Source: Squalus acanthias
Lineage: Eukaryota
Direction of reading: 5' to 3'
NCBI GenBank assembly: GCA_030390025.1
Contig: CM059425.1
Span: 174,346,001-174,410,000, forward strand
Length of the DNA: 64,000 nt
The first letter of the stretch is position 1, and every line of letters starts with the position of its first letter. Positions 35,930 to 45,980 of the stretch are shown one piece after another. The notes beneath the pieces are model-generated. The model was given only the letters and a program-made list of their open reading frames with translations, did no database searches and was not told the DNA's origin. Position numbers and translations under genes: made by a program.

Positions 35930-37813
35930 TATTTGTGCTTTATCTTCCTCTTACGCATGCTTCTACGTGGTGCTTCCCCTGTGGCTTCAGCAGATGTAGA
36001 GGCACCTTGCTGACTTTGATGCTGTGCCTACTTAGACGCCTTTGGCGGGCGTCCTCTGGATTTGGGAGCCTGAGAGGGCTCTGCAACAGTCTGCTCTTCC
36101 TGCGGCTGTGCAGGGGCTGAAACGGCCATCTCAGTTGGGTGTGCAATGTGGGTCTCTGAGCAAGGGCTCCACAGTGGCATGGTCGTGTGAGCACTTGGAG
36201 AGGAGCCCGCACTTCCTTGTTGGCTGCCACCAACATCCCTCTCATGGGTCAGCTGCACTTCAGTGCTAGCAAGTGGCTGGAGAGCACCTTGCTGCACATC
36301 AGGGGGGCCATGAGGATCCGTATCTGTACTGGCAATCCTCATAACAAGCACGTCCATGAAGCTCTCCTCAATAGATGCCCATCTTTCCTCCATAGCAGAC
36401 AATCTATTTTGATGAGTCACCATGTTTTCGTTAGTTTGGCGACTTATGTCCTCCATGGCGGTTGCCACCCTCTCCATGGCGGAACGTTCATGCACCACTG
36501 CCCCCACAAAGGCAGTGCTCATGTTAGAGATGTACTCCTCCATTCTCTGCACACTCACAGTTACCCTGGATGCAAACCCCGTCAGAGACTCCTGCGCTTG
36601 TTCCAGCACCGCTCTCTTTCTGGATGGCCCCAGAGGCACAGGGTCCACATGCAGCTGAGCAGAGCTAGGAGCGTCCTGCAACCTCCGACGAGGACTCTCC
36701 ACTGCTGTCGCTGTCTCCACCATCTGCTGATGCTCACTTGTGAGCTGTGATACACCAGGTGACAACACTACTCTAACTCGCGATGGCCCCACCGAGGTGT
36801 GCGTCTCTGCGCTGGTGCTTGGTGCGCTGAGTCCTGGTGATGCTGTTCCCTCAGAGGCTGCAGGTTCCTCTGAGGAGTCGTCCGGCTCTTCCTCCTGGAC
36901 AGTGGGGAGGGGGGCGCTCGATGGTCCTGGTGGGAGAGTAAAGGCATGAGTTAGACATCTGATTTTTAGGTAGCAGACACATCCTTTTGTGCAGATGATA
37001 CAAAGCGAATCTCTATGAACATCATATGACATTGCAGTCAATCATGAAATCTAAATGAGAGGGATGAAACTCTATTCTGTCACCAGCTTCATCTCGCCGT
37101 CCCCCACTTCCAGCTCCTCACCACCTCCAACGATCTCGTGCGCAGCCTCCTCAGCACTTGTCAATGTTGCCAGGGATGGTGTGCCTCCTCCTGCCTGTGC
37201 TCTCTCCCTCTTATTGTGGGCTATCTTTTCCTGCAAGGAGGGACAGAAGTGGAGTTTCATCGAGAGTGATGGAGTGACTGTGAAGAATCCAGAACATAGA
37301 AGGTTAGAGGGAGATGAGGATGGAGTGAGGTGCCAAGAGGAAGCTAGCTCCCTGTGCGTTGTTAGTTGTTGTCAATGCACAACAGTAAGAGCGAGTGTGA
37401 GGGGTGCAAAGCAGAATGGTGAGGTGATTCAGTACAGAGAGAGAGGTAGATAGGTAAGGGTCCAAGGGAAGTAAGGGCAAGGTGGGATGTGGAGGAGCAG
37501 GCTTACAAAGCAGAGTGCTGGTGATGAGAAGAGAAGGGAAGCAGATTGAAGGTAAGTGTGATGTGATACTCACTTTTGATGATCGCAGAAGATCATTAAA
37601 CCGTTTCCGGCACTGGATCCAGGTGCGTGAACAAATGGACCTTACACTGACCTCCTCAGCAATGTGCAGCCAGGCTGCCTTGGTTTGCTGAGGAGGCTTC
37701 CTCCGGCCATCGGGAGGGAACACAATCTCCCTGCGTCCTCTTACTCCCTCCACAAGAGCTTGGAGGGAGTCCTCATTGAAACGTGGAGCAGCCTTCGGTT
37801 TGGAAGCACTCCT
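35930..37813 (-). pseudogene. Harbinger Myb/SANT-like partner gene, 3 exons (37574 to about 37813, 37084-37230, about 35930-36926)
   Basis: APRFNEDSLQALVEGV...AAWLHIAEEV....RTWIQCRKRFNDL|gtgagt; ag|EKIAHNKRERAQAGGG; long exon 3. Probable start GCCACC-AGG (inferred mutated ATG), premature TAG at 36028, exon 2/3 phase mismatch. Confidence 0.85.
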
Positions 37814-39440
37814 GGTGGCCTTGCCACATTCAGACACCAGCAGAGTCAAGAAATGAAAGGCTGAGGCTGCATGGGACCCTTAAAAACATCTGCACTAATG
37901 ACGTCATCAGAGGCGACTAACAGACCCGATCCCAGTCATTGGACCGGCCAGTGTGCACCACGGCACTTAAGGAGCCAATTAAATTAAAATTTCAACTCGG
38001 GAGCGGATGCAGCCGGCAGCGGGTCCGGACCCGCCCACCAGGCAACCCAACTCCAAGCCGCCTCCGCAATTAAATTCGCAGCCAAAGAGTCTGCAAAGGG
38101 ATATTGATAGGTTAAGTGAGTGGGCAAAAATTTGGCAGATGGAGTATAATGTGGGAAAATGTGAGGTTATCCACTTTGGTAGGAAGAATAGAAAAACAAA
38201 ATATTATTTAAATGGAGAGAGACTACAGAATGCTGCTGTACAGAAGAATCTGGGTGTCCTCGTAGATGAAACACAAAAAGTTAGCATGCAGGTACAGCAA
38301 GTAATTAGGAAGGCAAATGGAATGTTGGCCTTTATTGCAAAGGGAATGGAGTATAAAAGCAGGGAAGTCTTACTACAACTGTACAGGGCGTTGGTGAGAC
38401 CACACCAGGAGTACTGCGTACAGTTTTGGTCTCCTTATTTAAGGAGGGATATACTTGCATTGGAGGCAGTTCAGAGAAGGTTCACTAGGTTGATTCCTGA
38501 GATGAAAGGGTTGTCTTATGAAGAAAGGTTGAGCAGGTTGGGCCTATACTCATTGAAATTTAGAAGAATGACAGGTGATCTTATTGAAACATATAAGATT
38601 CTGATGGGGATTGACAGGGTGGATGCTGAGAGGATGTTTCCCCTCGTGGGGGAATCTAGAACTAGGGGGCATAGTTTCAGGATAAGGGGTCGCCCATTTA
38701 AGACGGAGATGAGGAGGAATTTCTTCTCTCAGATAGTCGTGAATCTCTGGAATTCTCTACCCCAGTTAGCTGTGGAGGCCGAGTCATTGAATATATTCAA
38801 GACGGAGACAGACAGATATTTGAACTACAGGGGAGTCAAGGATTATGGGGAACAGGCAGGAAAGTGGAGTTGAGGCCAAGATCAGACCAGCCGTGATCTT
38901 ATTGAATGGCGGAGCAGGCTCGAGGGGCCGAATGGCCTACTCCTGCTCCTATTTCTTATGTTTTTATGTATCACAACACATATTAGGAGCTAAGAATCTT
39001 GTGGCATTTTGTTGTGTGGGGGAGAGAGGAAAAAGGAGACATTACATGTATTTCCTCCACAGAACATCACCTGTCTACAAAAGGCCTGAACTGCAGTTCA
39101 GGGAGTTAAGGATCACATAAGTAAATTATAAATATTTTCTTTTACAAAGTATTTGTAGGGGAATTGGAATTTCTTTTCCCAGGAGGAAGTAATTTATCTT
39201 GGTGCCAAACTTTAAACCAGAAATTGCCGCAGTACCAAAGAAAGGCGAAAAAAATCATATCCACAAAATGCAGCTAAAAGATCTAATTTGTCAGAAGTAA
39301 AGCTTGCAGCATCATTCTGGTGAATTGGTGGCTAGTTAAGAGAATGACTAGTAATTTTAGTAGTTGCTAGACTAGGGTGATGAAGGTTTGCTGTGAGGGA
39401 AAAAAATTATGATTTGGAAAGTTAGTCAACGTCTTCCTAC

Positions 39441-39521
39441 CTTTGGGGACCATTTTCTTCCCATGGTGCACTGGTTCTGTTCTGCGTGTCTGGACTACCA
39501 TTCAGTTTGGTTACCTTAGAG
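39441..39521 (-). CDS. epb41l4a: EPB41L4A exon (81 bp): SKVTKLNGSPDTQNRTSAPWEENGPQ(S)
   Basis: Acceptor cttcttcttag, donor gtagga; phase 2-2; SPDTQ and APWEENGPQS motifs. Confidence 0.93.
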
Positions 39522-39659
39522 CTAAGAAGAAGGTGAGAAAGCTCAACTCTCAGGACAATTAAACTCCAACAGTGATAGCTACACAGTAAATACAGCAGTG
39601 CCCCTCATAGGACCTCAACCTGACATACCATGTGCTCTACTACAACATATGATGTGTTT

Positions 39660-39730
39660 GGATAAAAATCAAAATACTGCAAATGCACAGATGCTGATTG
39701 ACCTCGTGTATTTCCAGCTTTTTCTGTTTG
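39660..39730 (+). mobile_element. Decayed remnant of the 9629-9762 Penelope-like family (no hammerhead left)
   Basis: caaaatactgc (inverted tail) followed by acagatgctg...tttccagc...ttctgttt. Confidence 0.45.
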
Positions 39731-39897
39731 TTGCATGATGTGTATGATTCTTACATCAATAGAGATACCATGAAAAATATCCTCAATGCAGCACATCCCT
39801 CACTTTAACATGGTCCCCAATTATACTGTTATACAAAGAATCTGTTACTCACATCTGTTTCTGAATGAGGATTAATACATTCATGCAGTTGCAGTAC

Positions 39898-40120
39898 CAG
39901 TGTCCTGGCCAATATTAATCCCTCATATACCAACACCACTAAAACAGATTATCTGGTTATTATCACATTGCTGTTTGTGGGAGCTTGCTGTGAGCAATTT
40001 GGCTGGTGCGTTTCCTACATTACAACAGTGATACACTTCAAAAGAACTTCATTGGCTGTAAAACGCTTTGGGGCGTCCTGAGGTTATGAAAGGTGCTATA
40101 AAAATGCAAGTTATTTCTTT
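39898..40120 (+). mobile_element. Deu-domain SINE 3' half
   Basis: tgtcctggccaatatt...aaaggtgctataaaaatgcaagt. Confidence 0.8.
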
Positions 40121-40149
40121 ATTTACTTTTAATAGAAATCAGAGATCAA

Positions 40150-40690
40150 ACATTTTCCTGCTCTCCTGGCTGGCCTCCCACCTTCCACCCTCCATAAACT
40201 TGAGCTCATCTAAAACTCTGCTGCCCGTACCCTAACTCGCACCAAGTCCCATTCACCCATCACCCCTGTGCTCGCCGACCTACATTGGCTCCCGGTCTGG
40301 CAACACTTCAATTTTAAAATTCTTATCCTTGTGTTCAAATCCCTCCATGGCCTCACCCCTCCCCATCTCTGCAACCTCCTTCAGCCCTACAACCCTCCGA
40401 GGTCTCTGCGCTCCTCCAATTCTGGCCTCCTGCGCATCCCCAATTTTAATCGCTCCACCACTGGCGGCCATGCTTTCAGCTGCCTAGGCCCCAAGTTCTG
40501 GAATTTTCTCCCTAAACCTCTCCGCCTCTCTACATCTCTTTCCTCCTTTAAGATGCTCCATAAAACCTACCTGTCCTAATATCTTATGTGGCTTGGTGTC
40601 AAATTTTGTTTGATAACGCTCCTGTGGAGTGCCTTGGGATGTTTTACTATGTTGAAGGCGCTATATTAATGCAAGTTGTTGTTGTTGTTT
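40150..40690 (+). mobile_element. L2 LINE 3' end
   Basis: LADLHWLPV, FKILILVFKSLHG, PPRSLRSS, AFS...PKFWN motifs; (TTG)n tail. Confidence 0.9.
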
Positions 40691-41229
40691 GAGCTTTATT
40701 CCAATGTGACGCTATTCTGTCTTAAAAGAGGAAGCTAGAGTCAAAGATAAGCAACAGCCCAGAGCAACTCTTTAGTTTTAGGCTCTTTAATGAAAATTTA
40801 GTATCAAAATTCTCTCCGTGTAAAGGTCTTCTCTATGGAACTCAATTTGTTTTGTTTTACTGTTGAGTGGGTGAGCTACAGTGAGGTAGGGCGAGGAGAA
40901 TATCTTGTAGCACTGTGAAACACTAATTTTTGTTGAATTCTTTATCGAGTATAATTGAAAATAAAGGGTCTATTAAATTGGACTTTGTGCCACATTCCTT
41001 CCTTTTGTGTATCAGTGCTGCTTTCAGCAGAGGTGGTCTAATAGTCTGTATATTAAATCATAGGCCAATAGGAGCTTGGGGCATAACAGCACAAAACTAT
41101 ACAGTCAATCAGAAAAAGAAGTACTTATAGGATAACACACAGGCCAGGAAGCAGCGATCAATGGTTTTATCAATGTCCTCTGAACCCCATCCTTACTAAA
41201 TACTCCAACCAGTGTCATTATTCAGAATA

Positions 41230-41593
41230 CAGGAAACTCTTTATTAACCGGCACCGACGGGACTGGCGTGGTGCCGGTTAATCAAAAAGTCCGGATAACG
41301 GAGAGTTATATCTCCCAATGTACGAGAGCCCCGTACACACTGACATGCGCCTGCATTCGGAGCTCCGTCTCCCCAGGGACCGCCAGCTGACCATCTGTCG
41401 TGTCCGCTGCCTACCCGGGCTGCACATTCCCCTCCCAATCTACATGCTCCGATACAAGGCAAACGCCTCGGGGTTTTTTTAAAAGTTATTTTTAAAGGAG
41501 AGATGAAGGAAAACCCCGGTTACCTACTCAAGAATTTTGCCGGTTAAGAGAGATTTCCGGTTATTTGGGTGCCGGTTAAAAGAGAGTTTCCTG
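41230..41593. mobile_element. Tc1/mariner-superfamily (Tigger/pogo-like) MITE
   Basis: TA TSD; TIR CAGGAAACTCTTTATTAACCGGCAC / GTGCCGGTTAAAAGAGAGTTTCCTG. Confidence 0.85.
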
Positions 41594-42359
41594 TATATAC
41601 AGATGGGACTCATGGCACTGGATTTATATTGTTTTACTGGGATTGTTCAGTTTATATTTATATAGATGAGGCCCAAAAATCCTCAGGCCCAACTGTGGAT
41701 CAAAGGAAGTGAGGCACTATACTTTTGGTTACCATGTTTTATCAAATCTAAAACTAGACAGAGACAGAAAGAGAATAGGATCATTGCTTGACTTGTGATG
41801 CTTTGTTTTGCCAATAATGAAAAAAAATTGAAAGATACAAATGCTTCCACATCGTAAAGCACAAAGAAAAAACAGACTCTTATTTTAAAAATCAGATTTC
41901 TGGCATTCACATTTTAGACATTTCTGGACAGCCCAGTCAAGAACAACTGATTCTCATGACCAAAATCCGACTGCTGGCAACTTTAATTGCATCAACATTA
42001 ATCAAAAAATTATTTTTCTATTTCTAGTGTAACACCAGTATGATTGTGTCCTGCAGTACAACAGAGGCAAGTGTGAGTCACACATAGGAACAGGAGCCAC
42101 CTCTTCGCACTGTCTCAATGAACCAGCTCTGCTACTTTTTCCAGCCATATGCCTAGAAATTCAATTGTACCCAAATACACACTTGAAGTCAGCGCTGCGC
42201 ACACTGCATGTGCCCGTTCATGTGGTTGCAGGGACCATGTGATATTGGGGGGGGGCAGAAGATCCTCCAGGCATGTTTGGCGGAGACAGTGGGAAGAGGT
42301 GAATGCCAGGAGTATGCTCCAAGGGCGTGGATAAAATGTCGCAAGAAGTTTAATAACCT

Positions 42360-42559
42360 TCTAATCTCTCCCCCAAAAAGCTGTTGAAGCTAGGTTAATT
42401 GAAAATGTCAAGACTGAGATTGATGTATTTTTATTAAGTAAGGGTATTAAGGGTTATGGAACCAAGGCAGGTAGATGGAGTTAAGATACAGATCAGCCAT
42501 GATCTAACTGATTGGCAGAACAGGCTTGAGGGGCTGAATGGCCTCCTCCTGTTCCTATG
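42360..42559 (+). mobile_element. CR1 3' tail fragment inside Harbinger copy 4, exon 1
   Basis: CR1 3' UTR plus TTCCTATG; TAACCT duplication. Confidence 0.8.
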
Positions 42560-42905
42560 TAACCTCAGCAGGGTTCTTAAGGTAACACTCTTAACCCTCA
42601 CTTGAACTACTCTCTTCTCACACCTGCACCACCTGTAGCCTTATGACTCACAACCCTTCCCTCATCCGCTTCCCTTTAATCTCCTACAATCACTGCACCA
42701 CACTTCACTCCATCTCCTTCTACTCCTACAGCCATTCTATGCAGCTCCTACGCTCCTCATTCTCTCACTTCCCCACACCTCATACATGTGTTAACTCTTA
42801 CACAACCACACTATTCTACCGTGACATGCATATTCTCAAAACATCTCAGAAGGCTACCACGAACACCCTCCCTTCTTTCTTGCAGGAGAAGCTGGCAACA
42901 ATATA

Positions 42906-43324
42906 CAGGAAACTTTCGTTTATCCGGCATCGACGGGACCGGCGTGGTGCCGGTTTATCGAAAGTACCGGATAACAGAGAGTTATATCTACCGAGGCTAT
43001 TTTTAACAAAGAGACTCCAAGCAGCACAGGAGAATCTACTCCTGCTACTGCAATGTTTCGGACTTGCGACAGCGCCAGGAGGCCGAGTAGTGGCACTTTT
43101 GAAAAGTACCCCTACTGACTAAATCGGCGTTCTCGGACTCGGACTCGGGATCGGCAACATTGCCGGTTATTTGAGAGGATTTTCCGGAGCACTCGGCGTT
43201 CGCGGAGACTCGACTGCGACTCGGCAACATTGCCGGTTATTTGAGAGGAGTTTTCGGAGGATGATTTTTGCCGGTTAAGCGAGAATTCCGGATATTTGGG
43301 TGCCGGATAAACGAAAGTTTCCTG
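42906..43324. mobile_element. Tigger/pogo-like MITE related to 41230-41593, inserted in Myb exon 2
   Basis: TA TSD; 24-bp perfect TIR CAGGAAACTTTCGTTTATCCGGCA. Confidence 0.88.
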
Positions 43325-44756
43325 TACATCAACAGGTGGCTACCAGAGTAAGCCGAGGCTACATGTACATCCTGAAGTAGTAAGTACTGGACATTGTGGA
43401 TGTGGGGTGAGTCATGGCCATTGCAACTGGACAGACTGAAGGAGATGTCTTTTACATCTTGGCCTTATTTTCCCTTCTCACTTCTATATCACCCTGCACA
43501 CTCTGTATGACAAAGTGCAGGTGTTTTCAACAGCCATTCATCTCTCTCTGCTAAATGCTAATCCTTGTCCATCTCCAAGTCCATTTCAGGTGCAGAAAAC
43601 GTAGAAGGCCTTAACACAGCACAGGAAGAGGAAGGCAGCACCCAGCAAGATGCACTGTCACTCAAACTTACCTCTGCAAGCATCAGCTCAGAGATTGGCT
43701 ACACACATATTTAGAGGGTAGGCTAGAGAGAAAGTCACAGGGTGAGTCACCAAGTAGAAGTACGCACTAGGAAAAAGGAATAGGACAGTGCAGAAGCCAG
43801 CAGCCAGGAGGGCAACCTCGCACCCTAGCCCTGCTGCGGAGGCCTCAGGGGTCCAAAGTACAGAAGATGGCTGATGATTATACACCATGAACTGCTGAGT
43901 GTACTGGGATGCCTACCAGTGAGCGTGAGCACAATGGCACAGAGCATGGAAGAGTCCAGCTCCAACTTGCATCAGGCCTTCGCACAGGGCAATGAGAGCA
44001 TACAGGCAATTTTGGAACAAGTGGGTAGTGTTGAAAGGGGTTGCCGCAGCATCAAATGATTCCTGCACTCTGTTCTCCCGCAAAGCAGTGGGAGTGCTGT
44101 AGCATTGCCCAATGAAATTGACATTGGCTCCATGGGAGAGGCACCTGCTGACCTCTCTCAGGATGAAAGCAGACCTATTCGCTACAACCCTCTCCACCAG
44201 TGCCCTTGTTAGTGACACACAGCCAGCTGGGTCAGACTGCTCCAGCCCACACCGAGATGCTGCAGTCTGCAGCCAGACTCTCAAGAGCCAAAGTTACTCC
44301 AGGTCATCCACCATGGTCATCTGAAGTGTCCACAATGGAAGCTCAGCAGCCTTCCACATCCCAAGCTGTAGCCACTGAAGATTCACTTTGTAGGAGCACC
44401 AGAATAGGTAAATGAGCACATAAGACATTTTCTAGGGGTTTGCACAAGGGTAATTCTTAGTTCTTTATGTTCAATATTCTCAAATGTTGGTGTAGTAAAC
44501 ATTTTCTTGTGGAATTGGTATTGGTGATAGCATCATTAGTTGTATAAGGGCAATACCTGTAAAATTGGACTGTACGGGGGCAGTCAGATAGTGGTTGTAA
44601 GGATTGTGGTTATATGGATATCATGACTGATGTATTGGGGAGGGATGGTTCAGTTGTTGTCTGAGATTTCTGGCAGCAGGCTGGACTGGTGGGGGTTGCT
44701 GTTCCTGCACTTCCTCCTCTTCCTGCTGCTCTTCCACTTCATTTTGCCCAGGTGAT

Positions 44757-45030
44757 GCTAAGGGCTGGCCTCAATTGATAGTTCCAAAAGATTATAGATG
44801 CATAGTCTATTAAACATTATTAAAACCCTTTGCCTGAAGAGATTTTTCCTGTATTCATTTTTAACCAGCTTATTCCTTATTTTAAGATTATGTCCCCTTG
44901 TTCTGGATTCTTCCCAGTAGAGGGAAAAGTTTTTCCCCAATGTACCTGGAACTTCATTCATTATTTTAAACACCTCAATCAGTTCACCTCTTCATCTTCT
45001 CATCTTCAAGGAACAGTTTATTAACTGTAT
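44757..45030 (-). mobile_element. Old CR1 3' fragment
   Basis: ESRTRGHNLKIR..RKNLFRQRV remnants. Confidence 0.7.
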
Positions 45031-45220
45031 CTGTCATAAAGTGTTTTGATAAGGTGCCGCATAGGATGCTTGTTTATAAAATTAAGGCACACAGTATTAA
45101 AAGGAATGTAGCAGCATGGATAGGAAGTTGGCTAATGGACACAACACAGAGATGAGTAATCAATTAATGTTTTAAAAGATATATATATATTTATACTGAG
45201 AAGAGCAGTGCTTCTAACAC

Positions 45221-45235
45221 TGACCACTAGGGGGC

Positions 45236-45238
<3 letters not shown>
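45221..45238 (+). promoter_or_regulatory. Candidate CTCF-binding motif
   Basis: TGACCACTAGGGGGCACA matches the CCACYAGRKGGCR core; sequence match only. Confidence 0.45.

Positions 45239-45272
<34 letters not shown>
45235..45272. repeat. (CA)n microsatellite
   Basis: Direct observation. Confidence 0.95.
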
Positions 45273-45274
<2 letters not shown>

Positions 45275-45276
<2 letters not shown>

Positions 45277-45980
45277 GTCGAACTTCACCATAATAAACTA
45301 CCTGGGGCCGACAGAAAAGACTGTTATATCAAGGTGTTCGCTACAGTAGGGGTTGGCGATTTGCTGCATCAGAGAAATGAAGGAACGACCATTTGAACCG
45401 AACATCATTTTATTCTGTTAAAAACTATACAGCGTAGATTGCTTTATATTATTTGTGTTTTTCTCAATTTGCACTGTTTCTATCTTGTTAACCAGTCCAA
45501 AATGATCCTCAATTCCAGGTAGTGACTGTGTGAAGTTTTGCATGGTTGCGATTGCCTTTCTGAACTCATCCAGTGAAGGGTTAACTGATTTTGTACCTTC
45601 CACCTCCTCGTTACCAGAAGTTTCCTCATGCTTTCCCTGACTCAATGTCATTGATTTATTTAATGGTCTAGATCATCACTAATTTGAAGTTTTTTTTTCA
45701 GAGACAAAGACGATCTCTTACTCGCAACCTTCACGCACGTTACCTGGCTGTAGTTGCCTCATGCCAATTTCCTCGTTGAAGTTTCCTCCTCATGTCCGTT
45801 GCCTCATTGCAGTTTGTGGGCCGTCTTATCATGCAACAAATGCATATGTTTTGCGGGATTTGCACTATGTTATCTTTCAATTAGTCTCAACTTGAGTTTC
45901 ATCATTGTATCCCGCTTAAGTGCTCGTTGTGGTAGGGCTAATTTCCATTGAAAAAACTGGCTCTTGCCGCTGGGGTTTCA
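45275..45980 (-). mobile_element. Tigger/pogo element remnant with a transposase C-terminus
   Basis: TA-CAGTCGAACTTCAC terminus; ORF 45418-45651 (SLDEFRKAIATMQNF...KQSTLYSF*) resembles Tigger transposase C-termini. Confidence 0.6.

Larger units (their letters stand above)
33322..38083 (+). mobile_element. PIF/Harbinger copy 3, full length with both genes
   Basis: 17-bp TIR GGCCGCGAATTTAATTG / CAATTAAATTCGCAGCC (1 mismatch), 3-bp TSD AAA (33319-33321 and 38084-38086), convergent transposase and Myb genes. Confidence 0.93.
31403..38968 (+). mobile_element. CR1 LINE with near-complete ORF2 (APE endonuclease and RT): 31403-33321 and 38084-38968, split by a Harbinger
   Basis: VVYRPP, MGDFN, SDH (APE); [30 protein letters not shown] (RT); in-frame TAA at 32448; halves rejoin at GACAC-AAA-GAGTCTG. 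Confidence 0.93.
42150..44757 (+). mobile_element. PIF/Harbinger copy 4, decayed (Myb gene on +, transposase acidic tail on - at about 44650-44757)
   Basis: Left end GCCTAGAAATTC; RRQWEEVN...CRKKFNNL; ag|EKLA; exon 3 homologous to 17070-18147; interrupted by a CR1 tail and a MITE. Confidence 0.7.

Noticed and set aside
37304..37849. Calling the Myb/SANT ORF NAIF1 or an MSANTD host gene
   Set aside because: It is inside the Harbinger TIRs, lacks an intact ATG, and the listed ORF reads through an intron.
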